Shown here piece by piece: positions 37,323 through 50,785 of a stretch of 64,000 nucleotides of DNA. Position 1 is the first letter of the stretch. The number at the start of each line of letters is the position of its first letter. The position numbers and the translations under genes were made by a program. The stretch is from Callorhinchus milii (taxonomy: Eukaryota): contig NW_024704742.1 in assembly GCF_018977255.1 (NCBI RefSeq), positions 5,644,001 through 5,708,000 of the forward strand, written 5' to 3'. Below the pieces are notes generated by a model. That model saw only the letters and a list, made by a program, of their open reading frames with translations, was not told the DNA's origin and made no database searches.

Positions 37323-39792
37323 CAAAGGCTCTGCTGAATTCGCAGAAGAGAAACATTTAGAAAGGGTGGATAAGTGGTGTGTTTGTATGGTATAGGAGCA
37401 CACACGCATCCAGTTCTCTGCCAAAAAAACAAGCGTCTCACGTTACTTAGGAAGTGCCCAATAAATGAGGCATTGAGTTCTGTCAGGAAATGCCCAAGTG
37501 AATTATTCTTAAATCGGCCTAGATCTCTGGTCTGAAATCTTTGTATTAATATTGCTCAGATGGGCTAAAAAAATTAGTGTACACGGAATGGTGTATCAAC
37601 TTTCCTCTTCACAATTCTTTTATATTTGATGATAGGGCCTTAGAACATTGAAACATCTCTTAGGCAACTTCTGCCATTTTGTACACAACATTGTCCTACA
37701 AAACCATTGAAGATTCCCTTGCACTTATCTTTCTATTTGGATGTCCTCATACCATGCACCACACCCACGACAACAACAAAATAACATTTGTATAGCGACT
37801 TTCACGTCAGAAGGACTTCCCAAGGTGCTGGACAATCAGTGTTTCGGAAGTAGGCATGCTCCCACCGGAGCTAGTCCACAGGGTCTCTTCTCTCTCTCTC
37901 GTCATCCACTGGTCAAATGTTTGCTATAAATCTCATGATAGTGTGGCTGAGATTACCAAATCATCACTCTTGACAACTGGCACAAACTAAAAGTGGACAG
38001 AGCAGTTCATCAGCTGCTCAGAGACAGCCACTGAGAAGAAAATGTTTGCAACAGTTTCTGCCAGGAGGACAGTCTGCATTACTTTACGCCAGGGAAATGA
38101 GAGGGAGGAAAGAGAGAAAGTTGCATTACTATGTGTCAGCCTGGCTCATTTGATAGCACTCTTTCCTCTGAGTCAGAAAGTGGTGGGCTCAAGTCCCTTA
38201 TCTGGGACACAAATACTCCTGAGATATCTAAAACATTCCATATCCAGGGGCTAGATCCCTGAATTTTGTGAGAAATCACAACCTTTTCCTTCAAAAGTAA
38301 CTTGGCGCAGCCAAAGGATTCCTCTCAGACACAATGGCATCTGAGGATTTGCAATAACAACACAAAAAACTGTTTGAATCATAGGGTTTTTTTGGTCAGC
38401 CGGGTGTCTGACACATGGGGAAACCCATCACCATTGCTGAAGAGTATCCAAACCAAACTGAGAATTCCAATCATCCCACTTACACATGGAAATCCCAGGG
38501 ATAAATTGTTAAGAGTGGAATGCGCACTCTCTCTCTGGGGGGGGGGGACGCAAAGTGTTAGGCGCAGGTTGATAAGAGCCGACCTTGGGGGAACCCCAGA
38601 TTGTGAGTTTGAGTAACTGCCGGAGTTTAACCAGGTAAAACCGCAGCTTGCCATTGATATTGCTGTCCTGCGAACTCTCCCGGAGCTTGTCTGGCTAGAA
38701 CCACCCTACCGATTAAGGGCTTGGCTTGCCGGGTTAGCAGGATCTGAGTGCGATGATTCCCTCCCCCCAGGAAGTGATCACACACAATATCTGCGCTCTA
38801 GTTTCTGTGGATAGTTACCAAAAGCAATTCAGAAATTAAGCTTTGCACTCCTACATGCAATTGTTTCACACACACAGACACACACACACTCAAATGGGTC
38901 AAGTGAACACCCTATTACAACATGCGTTCTGATTTCCATGCCAAAATATCTATCCTCCTCAATAAGGTAATACAGAGAGTGAAAGGCCCATCATAAAAAT
39001 ATACCGTGAGCACCTATTTACGATGCGATTGGTAGCTATAGTCGGACAATGTTGACACTTAATGAAGTAAAATTAATAAAGCCTAGCTGCTAAGAGGAAA
39101 GAGAGTTCATCACAAATAAAAATTTATCTCAGGTAATTTGAAAAGAGAAGTTTCTCATGGTGTTCAGGCCAACAATCCCCCAGACTAAATTAGTCAATCA
39201 CTTCACGGCTGTTTGTGGCTGAGGGCAAATCGGCTCCTGTATTCACGTAGAAAATACTACACTTTACCGTCGATAATCCTGGAAGGAGCTTGGAGTCATT
39301 GCAATGACACGGTAAGTCGTTGTATCAAATGCATGGCTTATTATTGCTCCTTATTCACCTGCACAATTTTTTAAAAATTGTAGCAGTGATTTTTTAAAAA
39401 AAAAATCACAACACTCGCAGATGCTAATGTTGTAATCCTTTGCACAATCAAGGTTTAAAGTACACGCAGATCACAATGGCTTTGTTGTTCTGATTGATCC
39501 AGGGGATTTCCTGTCTAACGACGAGCAGGCATTTTATTACTGCTGCTTACGTTGGAATAACAGTTAATTGAGTCCCATTTTATGGTCCCTTTAAATGGGT
39601 ATTTAATTTACAAGGTTCTTTGACGCCATCGGCTCCCCCCAGTCCCCACCCCACGGGCAGATAGGCACCACCCACCACACACAGACACACGCGGACGCAC
39701 CCATACACAGCGACACAGAGACACAACCTTCCCTCTCCCCCTCCCCCCAGGGCACCACCAGCCACATTGCCACCAGCTCACAGAGCTCTTAC

Positions 39793-40381
39793 CTCACGTC
39801 GTTACCACCGTGAGCGAATGATCCGAAGCAAGCAGTGAGGATCTGGAGGAAGTGAAACAACAGGTGGACCTGCGGCTTTTCCTTCTCCTCTTTATCTTCC
39901 TCCGGAGGCTCCTCAGCTGGCGGTAGGGGGTCGCTCAGCTCGCTCACCACCTTCAGCTCCACTCCGCCTTCCTCCGCCTCGATCTCAGCCTCCGCCACGG
40001 CATTGCAGTAGCTGGAGTAGCTGTCGTAGCGCAGACGTTTCTTGGAGTAGGTCACAGCGTCTCCCACCAGCTTCTCGTTATCCTCCACCCCGACAAAGTC
40101 CGAGGATTTGAAGGAGGACTGGACAGGCATGCCGCAGATGGCTGCCGTGTAGCACGTGTAGCTGTTGTTTCGGCGGAGGAGACGGTAAGAGTTGTCAGGC
40201 AGCATACGGTCGTCGGTGAGCCGGTCCAGGTGGATCTTGTGCAACAGATCTTTGTAGAGGCCGGAGTCCTTGTGGACCGTGTGGTACACGTGGCCGTCGC
40301 TCCTCGTGTGACCTTCAAAACTAAACGTACCGTTGGACACCGGCGACTTCAGGCAGCCGTTGGTGAGGGATGCAGCTCTTA
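39793..40381 (-). CDS. SLC20A2: SLC20A2 coding exon 7 (589 nt, large intracellular loop)
   Basis: PiT2-type loop [28 protein letters not shown]...[20 protein letters not shown]...[11 protein letters not shown]; ttttgcag acceptor, GTAAGA donor. Confidence 0.98.
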
Positions 40382-42062
40382 CTGCAAAAACAAAGATGCG
40401 GGGTAAACAAGGACGTTAAAAAGATGACGACAAATTGGTCACTTCAATCCCACGACTGTTTGTGGGGACGCTGCTTTGCGCAATTAGCTGCAATATTCAG
40501 TCGATTGACTTTACAGTAAATTCCGTGAAGCGTTTTGAGACGTCTCGAAGACGTGAAGAGGCGCTATATCAAACGCGAGGATTGTTATTGTACTATATTG
40601 TATGTAAGGAGATGGAAATTTGATTACAAGACATTTAGGTTTCATCCCAGATCGCAGCATGACAGTCGGGGAAGGTGAAGAGGAAGACCAAGTCAGACAA
40701 ACCCTGCCCCTAATGTGTGGACTTTAAGGGTGAAAAGATTGGGCTTGACTGTGATTGACGGAGGGGAGTGGGGAAGGGAGATAAAAAGCCCCAAATGACT
40801 ACTCTCCAATCTCACCACAGATTCACATTATCCAAAGCTTCATTTTGTGTGTTCAATAAACATTTAGGTTATTGGAAAGAATTATACTTTGCTTTGAAGA
40901 AAAGGCGAGTTCCATTATATAATGTTAAGGTTCCACCTTTCACAGCACTTCTCTACATGGAGTTCTACAAAAGCTCTCCAGCGTGTTGGCCTATTTCAAT
41001 GAATTGAATTGGGCAAAAGTTGGGATTTACAAAAAATAACCTGTAACAAGTATCTGGAAAGAGATCTCCTCGGGCTGTGAACCAGCTACTTTTGTGTCCT
41101 ACTTTGGAAGCTCCGCTCGGAGCAAATTTCTCATGTGGGGGAGAAGGGGGCAGGGGGAGAGCTCACATCCCTTTGGCTACATGCTGGATCCCAGTGGCCC
41201 CAAATCCACCTAGTTTTAGCCTGCAAGATAATTTTGTCTTCACATTTAATTGGGGAAAAATCCTAAATTGAAACTCGATTTGAAATCTTAACTACAGAAA
41301 AAAAACTTCCTAATTCTGCCCTGTCTTAAAGACTTAGACTGAGTGTGCAGGTCCCAAATCTTATCCTGCTCATGGAACGCAAACAAAGTACTGAATTAGA
41401 CTGCGTGCAACTGGCTGCCATGTTTCGCCCACAGAATACAGTCAATCCACTTTATAGTGTATTCTGTGAAGCGCTTTGAGACATTTCAACAATGTAATAG
41501 GGCGTTATATCAAACGCAAAGATTAATATTAATATAGGCTATTCGGCCCATCTGATCCTTGCTGCTGGCCAGATGCCAATTCTGAGCAGTCTGCATCCTT
41601 CCAGAAGCCAAGCACACCACATGCACGGCAAGGTGAGAAATGTTCTTCCCATTTCCAAGAAGTGCTGTGACATATTGCAAGGGAGCTATACACGACCCGA
41701 GAGCAAATAAAGATCATTTACATCCCTGACATTTCTTAGCCACTCACTCAAACAGAATGTGCGTTATGTCCGAGAAAACCTGGGAGAATTTCCTGCAGTG
41801 AAGGACATCTAGGTCACCATTCGGTTATTAGAAATCGGTATTTATCAAGCCAGGTTTAACTAAAAGCTTTCCCTTTCCAGCCCTCCCCGGGATGGAATCG
41901 AGACAATATTCATAGGGCAGTCCCACCTGGAAACCTTCCCCATTTACTTCCTTTATCAACCTCTTGCTGATGGTGACAGTTTTATGTTGGACGAATTGAG
42001 GAGCGTCGCAGCATATCCACTTTCCATAAGAAACCACTCGGACACTAGGTTTATTGACTGAC

Positions 42063-42266
42063 CGTATGGGATTCCAGTTGACCCATTGACGAGGCTCTCG
42101 GATGCTCCGGCGGGTGCCTCAGGAGCCCCGCTGGTGAGAGGCACCACGCACTCGTCAGCTGTTTTTGCACCCGGCAGCTCTTTAAACACGGGCGTTTCCT
42201 CATCTTGGCTCTTATCCAGGCTTTCGTCTGATATCCTGGACAGTGCACCTTGCTTCTTTAATTTAC
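42063..42266 (-). CDS. SLC20A2: SLC20A2 coding exon 6 (204 nt)
   Basis: KLKKQGALSRISDESLDKSQDEETPVFKELPGAK...GIPY; ctttcag acceptor, GTCAGT donor. Confidence 0.95.
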
Positions 42267-42297
42267 CTGAAAGATAAACGTTTGCATTACATCGACA

Positions 42298-42577
42298 AGC
42301 TTCTATTTACCTAGCAGTAAGTAGGAACCCGGGTGCTCGTCGATTGGCAGATCACTTTCCAGGGGGTAAATATCCTCCCCCACAAAAAATAAGTTAATTT
42401 AATTTGGTCACTCAATCAATAGCCGAATGTGGGACACTGAGGCGCGCAATTGGCTCCTACGTTTAGCCCACAAAATACACCGTCAATCCACTTTGCAACA
42501 CATTCTGTGAAGCGCTTTGAGGCGTCTCAATGAAGTGAAAAAGCACTGTATCAAATGCAATTATTTTTATTATTATT
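42298..42577 (+). mobile_element. SINE, long form, 5' truncated, filling most of a 367-nt intron
   Basis: Internal segment, core and tail. Confidence 0.85.
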
Positions 42578-42633
42578 AAGGATTTTGTATTTAATGTTTC
42601 ATGCAACAGCTTGAATGAATGGCAGAAACTTAC

Positions 42634-42753
42634 TTTCTATCCTTTTCCTCATCCAGGGACATACAAGCAGCCAGACGATGACTGCACACAGAAGAGCTGC
42701 ACCGATGGTGACCAGTGCTATTACCCAGGCAGGAACAATGTCCAGTCCAAGCA
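42634..42753 (-). CDS. SLC20A2: SLC20A2 coding exon 5 (120 nt)
   Basis: LGLDIVPAWVIALVTIGAALLCAVIVWLLVCPWMRKRIE; cttctag acceptor, GTAAGT donor. Confidence 0.95.
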
Positions 42754-44204
42754 CTAGAAGCAAAGATGCAACACAATTCATTACTTTAATGTCCAGTGTA
42801 TAACCTTCCCTGAAGCTGGCAACCTAGTGGCAAACCTTTAAATAAGCAGTGTAGCATTTCAACTGAAAACACGTTTGTTTTTTTGTAAAACGGAAGCATA
42901 TTTCCAGGGGCAGTGAGGGGGTGGCAAGAAAATCATTGAAATTTACAGCGGAGGAGGAGGCCACTTGGCCATCAGTCTGCACTGGCTCTCAGAGCAAGAT
43001 GTTCATTCAATCCCACTGTCCCACCCTATCGATGTACCGCTTCACACCTCTATTCTTCATATACCTTTCTACTTCCCAGTTAAAAAACCCCAATGGGCTT
43101 GGTCTGTACCACCTTACTTGGTAGGGCATTTGAAAAAAATCTAAGCTCTCCCAATATCTTTAGCAGATAACCATTATTATTTGAGACTCAGCCATTGTTG
43201 TATCATGGGATGGCCTCCTGACTTGAAAGCCGCTGTACAAATGTAAGTTGTTGTTGTTGCTTTGCTGTTCACTGTAATCAGCAAAATGACTGAAATTCAG
43301 ATCTTCTAAAATTAGCCACAAAGGATTTGATTTTCATAAACAAATTTCAGGGGTGCAGGAACCCAGCCAGTTACTACCTCTATCCTTTCTTGGGGACCAT
43401 AGGTAAGGTTTACAATAACAGACATGGCATGTGACTGGAGTTGTCCAATTTATAGTCCCTATCACCAGAAAAGAGACTGCCCCAGCCGTCTGGACAAGAT
43501 GGACGGACTGAAGCACGTTCCAGAAATAAAACCCACATCCCCATTCAATTCCTCTCTGGTGCTTAGTTTAAAGCAAGCATATTTATGAAAATGCAGGCAG
43601 CTTTCTGGGATTCACAAAGCTGCAAAACTTCAGAGTTTAGAACTTAATGTACCAGTTTTTTTTTTTCTGTGTGTGTCCCCCACCCACCATTTAAAATTTC
43701 TCAAAATGCACACCGCACAATTAGTCTGATTGCATTATAGTTGTGTGTTCATGATCAGAGTTCTGGCTACTGACTTAGACGTAGCTCCTAAGGAAGGGAC
43801 TTCCTGCACCTGCACAGTACACTCAGGGGGTGACAGCAGCGACCTGGAAGTCAAACGTTTTTTTTCATGCTTCCCTTTCACATGATCTCTGAGCTATTGG
43901 ACCCAGAGGACTGCGTTAACATAAAATATACAATGTTTTATTACTCATTACTTTTGAGGGACAATATATTTCAGAAACAATTCCCTAATTGCAGGCATTG
44001 CTGATTTACAATGCAGATCACCGTCAGAGCAAAAACAAAATCAAAGATTTTCTTCAACTTGGAAGGCACTGCTTCGTACAACAACTCGACATTAATGGAT
44101 ACGGTTCACCAGGAAGCCTTGTTCAATTTAATGTTTCCAACTTTGGCCACAGAGATTAGAGCAGATAGTAGGCAGAAGTTGACTCAGATGTTTCCTTGAC
44201 TTAC

Positions 44205-44301
44205 TTGGAGTTCCCGTGTACATGATAGAGAAGGTATTAATTCCTACAGTAGCAGCATAAAACAATGGAAGTGCTCTCAAGCCATTTGGCACTGGGTTTT
44301 C
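44205..44301 (-). CDS. SLC20A2: SLC20A2 coding exon 4 (97 nt)
   Basis: [32 protein letters not shown]; tttccgtag acceptor, GTAAGT donor; preceded by a 100-nt intron. Confidence 0.95.
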
Positions 44302-44401
44302 CTACGGAAATAAAGTTGGAAGAGTTAGCCCCGACAGGAAGGAGAGACTGGAGCAACAATCGTACAATTCGCAGGACTTATAAAAAGTTGAAAATATATA
44401 C

Positions 44402-44487
44402 CTTATTCAGGATGAAATATCTTATTAGGATGAAAAGCAAGCCAGACATCAAACCAGAGAGTAGAGGGGAAATGAACCATGAGGCAA
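44402..44487 (-). CDS. SLC20A2: SLC20A2 coding exon 3 (86 nt)
   Basis: [28 protein letters not shown]; tttttacag acceptor, GTATAT donor. Confidence 0.95.
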
Positions 44488-45427
44488 CTGTAAAAAGTAC
44501 AAAATACCATAAAACTCAGTAACAAGATAGTCAGACCACACGTTTTATTGTGCATTCCCCAATTTAACAGAAACAAAAGACATTGCAATTTTCAAACATT
44601 TCTGTGTATTGAACGACTGTCAAGGTTATTTCTCCATTTATTCAGCGATCGGGTCCCTTGAGTTAGACAAAGACTCACATACTGGCAGCTAATTTCAGTT
44701 TTGTAAAAGCAGTCAGTGCTAACAATATAGCTAACCTCAGCATGGAACAAAGGTCTGGTTCTCGCTATCTCTAGAGCTGCTCATATAACAGCTGTGCTTT
44801 GATTCTGCTTCAATATAGAAACAGGAGTAGCTATTCAGCCCCTTGAGCATGTTTCACCATTTTATAAGACCATGGCTGATCTGTACCTCAAGTCCAGCTA
44901 CCTGGCCTTGCCCCGGATCCCTTAATATCCTGACCTAATAAATATCTATCGATCTTCATCTTGAAGATGTGAATGGATCCAGCATTCGCAGCTTTTTTGG
45001 GGAGAGAGTTCCAGATATAACTATTCAAGCTTAAATTGCAATTTCTTCAAACCCAAGTTTGAATTTTAATCAAAATTTTAATCAGATGGTTCTTATCAGA
45101 ATAGGTAGAGGATTTTTATTTATTTTTAAATTAAGGCTAAAATAAGTGGCGAGTCGTTTATCTTGCAGATCAGGCAGCTATTTCATACTGTAGGTTGTCA
45201 TAAACCCGGCTATGAAATTATCCCGATTCCAGATTACAGAGCAGTCACTGTCCTTGTGTTCATCCTGATTTATGGAGCAGGTCCTGGATTATAGAGGACT
45301 ATGCTCCACAAACCAGGAACAGTACAAGGGCAGGACCCACACGCCCATCTGAGCAGAATATAAAAGCTGCAGAGAGAAAAACAAACCCACACAGGCAGGT
45401 GGTGAAAACGCTCTCTCTAAAGGAAGA

Positions 45428-45675
45428 GGCAAGAATGGAGTCTCATTGTAATGTATATTTTTTGGCTTCAGATTTCTTAGATGGGGAAACAGATATCCGC
45501 TATAAATCTGTCATTTACCAATAAAACACTCACAATACAAACTTCCTCAACCCCACAATCTTGGTTGGTTGTGACATGTGAAAATATTAAAATTCCTAAA
45601 TATTTTAGGGTTTGGGAAACATGGAGAGAAGTCAACTAAACAAAGCACAGGGAATGTGCGGGTAACTTGATATTA
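45428..45675. repeat. ~250-bp direct duplication, copy 1
   Basis: Roughly 90% identical by eye to 47710-47959. Confidence 0.92.
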
Positions 45676-46009
45676 CCTATATATAATACGGGCCAAAAAG
45701 ATCTTCATGATGTCACAACATAAACACCCTAATAGAGACTTAGTGTTCTTACCTGCCAAAGACAACCAAGTGACTATTCTCTTCACCCCCCAACCCCGTC
45801 ACAGCATGAGTTTTCACACCAGCCACTGAACAATGAAATATACAGGGACCTTCTACTGCCATTACAGTACATCTAACTAATTGGTCACCATACAAGGACT
45901 GGATTGTACAGCTAAGTTGTGTGCATTAAAATAGGTCTCAGAAATTTTAAGTTATAACATAACACCTGGACATTACCTCAAGATTTAGTGTAAAACACCT
46001 TCACTTATT

Positions 46010-46200
46010 ACAACAACAAGATTCCATTTATAGAGCGCCTTTCACGTCGGGAGGATGTCCCAAGGCGCTGTACAGTTGGGTCAGGACCCGAGCATTGGGG
46101 GGAAACGGTCAGGGTGAGGGGAGGGAAGGGAGGGAGCGAGGAGGGGGTAGAGAGTCGAGCGGGGAGCTGAAGGCACGGTCAAAGAGAAAGGTCTTGAGAT
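46010..46200 (-). mobile_element. L2 LINE 3' end
   Basis: Stem-loop tail and (TTG)n. Confidence 0.8.
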
Positions 46201-46406
46201 TTAGGAACCTTGAGATTTACAAAAAGATTTAGGATTTCCCATGAATGCACATTTGGTATTACCGTTGATCATGCTAGGAGGACTGTTTACTAAAACCTAG
46301 TGACCTTGGTCCGTCGGTAAACGTGTCACCAGAGAATTGGACTCCGGAATATTTGCTATCATGGGGGGAGCGGGGGGAAGGAAAAGACAGGAGAAAAATA
46401 TCAAAG

Positions 46407-46723
46407 TAATAATAATAATCCTTGCTTTTGGTGTAGCACCTTTCACGTCTTCTAGACGTCTCAAAGCGCTTCACAAAATATACTGTAAAGTGAATTGATT
46501 ATATTTTATGGGCGAAACGAGGCAGGCAATTACGCACAGCAGTGTCCCACAAACAGCCGTGGATTGAAGTGCTCAACTTTTTTTATTATTGCTTTTTTCT
46601 TGAGGGATTACTGTCAGGCGAGTGTGTGGAGTAAAGAAACTTGACCAAGGTTTCGCCCTGCCGGGAATCGAACCCAGGTCCTCTTGCAAGGCGAGCGCTC
46701 TAACCAATGAGCTACAGGACTCC
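46407..46723 (-). mobile_element. Young SINE, short form, full length
   Basis: Head, core, tail. Confidence 0.9.
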
Positions 46724-47049
46724 TAACCACATTAGAATTCACGTTAGCTTCCAAAAGAGACCCAGATATTGATGTAAAAGGAGGGAACTGTCTAAAAAGG
46801 GTTTGGGGAAAAAAACAGGTAAATGGGAATTAAGATTCTTATAAAAAAGAGGCAGCACAGCCACCATAAAGTAAGCCGACTAGCCTTCTTCTGTGCTGTA
46901 AATCTCTAGGGTTCCTTGTTTGTGGGTGCGGTACAAAGGTTAATTTTAGTTTTTTTCCCCCAAAAAAAATTAAACGGGAAAGGAAGGTGACGTCAGTTTT
47001 TTTTTTAAACACTGTGATAAATATTCTCTCATTTTCTCTTCTCTCCTCA

Positions 47050-47422
47050 TTAAAGTGAATTGGCTGCATTTTGTGGGTGAACGCCGTGACCAGGTTGCGC
47101 GCAGCAAAGTCGCACAAACATTCATGAAGTGAATGACCAATGTTTATTTGGGGGAATTGTTGGCCAGGAAGCCCGGAGAAACTCCCTTCTCTTTTCAAAT
47201 AATGCCACGGGGTCCTCAATGTCGACCTGAACAGGCAGACGAGACCTCAGTTAAACATCTCATCGGAAGGACGGCAGCTCCAACAATGCAACACGTCCCC
47301 AGCACTGCACGGAGTGTCAGCTTGTCTTAGGCGATGAGTTCCAAGTCTGGGATGGGGGGGGGACTTGAACTCACAACCTTCTGACTCTGTGGTGTAAATG
47401 TCACCAACTGAGCCAACCCGAC
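47050..47422 (-). mobile_element. Older DeuSINE
   Basis: tRNA-like head plus CTTCCGATGAGATGTTTAACTGAGGTCTCGTCTGCC Deu-like domain. Confidence 0.75.
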
Positions 47423-47511
47423 ACCAAGTAGACAGGAAAGCATAATGTGAACGCTATAGACAATCGGTTCACATTTTCACTCGCCCTCACACGTAAAAGA
47501 AGATCGATTAC

Positions 47512-47652
47512 CAATTTTGACAAGTTGCATCCATCGAACACTATGAGCACCGATTGCTACGAGCGAGAAACCTATGGTGGCTCCAACAATACAATGCGTG
47601 CCAGACACGGGAAGCTTCAAAAACGAAGCGATGAGCTGCCAGACAGCCGAGC
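47512..47652 (-). CDS. SLC20A2: SLC20A2 coding exon 2 (141 nt)
   Basis: [46 protein letters not shown]; tttttag acceptor, GTAATC donor. Confidence 0.97.
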
Positions 47653-47709
47653 CTAAAAAACACAAACATTTGTTAGCTCGTACAAGTCCGCACGCAACTT
47701 ATAAAATGC

Positions 47710-47959
47710 GGCAAGAACGGAGTCTCGCTATAATGTACAATTATTTGACTTCAGCTTTCTTAGATGTGGAAACAGATATCCGCTATAAATCTGTCGTTAA
47801 CCAATAAAACACTCACCATACAAACATCCTCAACCCCACAATCTTGGTCGGTTGTGACATGTGAAAATATTAAAATTCCCCAAATATTTTAGGGTTTGGG
47901 AAACATGGAGAGAAGTCAACTAAACAAAGCACATGGGATGGGCTGGTAAGTTGATATTA
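47710..47959. repeat. ~250-bp direct duplication, copy 2
   Basis: Roughly 90% identical by eye to 45428-45675. Confidence 0.92.
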
Positions 47960-50474
47960 TTATTATTAGCTGTGTATAAACTCACAAATATTTCAGGGTT
48001 TGGGATACATGGTAGGTATTCTTATTTTTTTTTAAAAAAGGGCAACTTTAGTAGTCTTAAAATAAAAATACCCCTCAAACTTATAGAGCTAACACATCTG
48101 CAGCCTCTTTGTCGTCTCCCTCCAGATCTTGGAGCAACAAGACGCAATGGGGATTCCCGTTGCATGTCTGTCTTACTGATGCTCGAAGAATTGTGTCGGG
48201 CTAAATACAGTCAGGAATATGCAGGCTCAGTTTGCTCAGCCCACACAGAGAAAGAAGAGCACAGCGTAAGGCAGATGGTGCCAATAGGGCAGTATTTAAA
48301 ATGCACCTCTTCGGTTCTCGCTCACTGGATCCATGGCCCAGAATTCTACCAGCAGCAGAATCTTTAATTAAACACCACTCCTCCACACTTCCGCCAGTTA
48401 ACAAACATTACAACCCGAGGGTAAATGACCGTGCGATTTGTTCTCGGAATTTGGAGAGTGCCTCGGTTTAAGATGGTCTTCCTGCATGGACTCAATGAAA
48501 ATGCTTATTCACGCAATAGTAGAAATGTAAACTCTTTGCGTTATTTTACAACAACATGTGTTCATATAGCGCCCTCCACGCAGGGTAGCATCTCAGAGCG
48601 CCTTACCCATTATCATTATTTCCCTCTCCAATACCCCTGGATTCCATCAAGTTCTCTTAAATTATTGATTTTTTTTTGCTTCAATCACAGCTTTTGGCAG
48701 GATATCCAATCTCTTCTTTTACTCGCTGAAGAGTCCAATCTTTCCACCGACCAACTGAGGACAACGCCTTCATACGGCTAATACTTTAAGCTCTGAGACG
48801 TCTCGACGACGTGATACGGCGCTACATCAAATGCAAGGATTATTATTGTAATAACATTTTATTAACCTGGGAAGAGTCATTAATAAAAGGTGTTTGAATT
48901 AACATTTCGCTTTTGATTTACAAACCGATCCAGCTGTCCCCAGATCGATATCTAAAAATAACCAAACAGCAGCTATGGGGCTGCAGATTATAGACTTTCT
49001 GAATAATTTTGGAAGGATATTCTCTACATGGTACTACATTGTCAGGAAGAGCTTAGCAATAACCTGGAAAGAGTAAGACTATATGGGCACATTGGAAGAG
49101 TTCTGGTGTCAAACTACACATTGTGTAGGTGACAAATTAGGGTTAGGGTTACATGCAGAATATAGCCTATATTGTACACAAGTATGAGGGATTGGGGGAT
49201 CTGCTCAGCTTCAGACAAAGTTGCCTTTGCTGGTGTATATTTAGCGCTTGCTTTCATCACCCAACACATGCCTAAAAGTGGTGTAGCGTAGAGTGTATCC
49301 ACATTTAACTTGGTTATGCCCAGCTAAGACAGTTAGCCTGAGCAGACTCCAATCTAATCTGGGTCACTGACATTCAGAAAAGTTTGGAGCAGTATCTAGG
49401 CAGGACTAACAATCTGAGCAGATAAGGAAGGACCTGCTTTGCCCTCCTGCATCTCCCAACTCTCTCTCACAAGCCACTACCCAGCTTTGATCTTCAATCC
49501 AGAGGAACAACTGATCACCATCAACTGGCAAGTTACAAAAACCGGGTTTGCATTCCTCAGTTTGCCCAGTGTCGGTACTTTTTCAGTTTACATTCTTTTT
49601 CATATGACTTGTGAACAAGAAGCAGAGCAATTAAGAACCCTGGGTGGGCAAGCGAGCAGGCAACAAATATAATGGCTGGACGTCAAGATCAAAAATCACC
49701 TCAAAGCTGGGAAGTCCTTTTGAAGATATCAGAAACCAACAGCAAGTTCTGGGAATAATGTAGTTTAAAATCCCCAAATTACCCCCTCAAAATGTAATGA
49801 GTTTGACAGAGTGTTAAAGATCAATCAGGTCCTTATAGCATCTATTGGTGTAAGGGGAGGGGGGTAAGGGAATAGCATCTTCACAACACACAGACTGCTG
49901 GTCCTGTTAAATTAGTTTAGGAATTTAGTGTGTGCAAAGTTGCAAACTACAGCAACATTACATTACAAAAGAAACTCAAAATCAGTCATTGTCAAAATCA
50001 CCTGCTGGACTGGAGGAGATTATCCTGGAATCTCCAGGAAGGAAATAAATTTCTGTTAATACATTTTCTAGGAACGTAATTACAGGACTATACAAGAGAA
50101 AAGGCTACAGGCCAAAATACAGGCGTAAGATTCATCAGAATAAGTTACATTGGATGAACTAAGGAATGCTGAGTGTTGATAAACAAAACTAATCACACAG
50201 GGAGGAAGTTAAAAGGACTAATATGAAAAGGATTTGGTTCTAGGTACCAACTATCAACTATTCACTCAACGTGAAGCCGATTAATCAAGTTAATCCAGTC
50301 CTGGGAAGCATCAAGGGGTTTTGCTTAAACGTTCAGCAGATTTAACTCTGTGCAAGGCCACATTTTGAAAACTCTACATAATTTTGAATCAACTACAAAA
50401 CAAGGGACAATTGTCCTTTGGAGAAGGCTTACAGTACAGCAGTAAGGATGAATCTAGGGCTTAGGGCTCAACCT

Positions 50475-50785
50475 AATAATAATAATCCTTGCATTTGATA
50501 TAGCGCTTTTCACGTCGGGAGGACGTCCCAAAGCGCTTCACAGAACACACTGTAAAGTGAATTGACTGCATATTTGTGGGCGAACGCGGCAGCCAATTGC
50601 GCACAGCAATGTCCCACAAACAGTCGTAGATTGAAAATGACCAATTTATTATTGTTTTGGAGGGATTATTATTAGGCTCTGTGTGGAGTAAGGAAACTTG
50701 CCCAAGGTTTCGCCCTCTGCCTGGAATTGAACTCAGGTCTCTCGTTTGCAAAGCGAGTGCTCTAACCACTGAGCTACAGGACTCC
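50475..50785 (-). mobile_element. Young SINE, short form, full length
   Basis: Nearly identical to 13524-13857; CTCCC-loop tail. Confidence 0.95.
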
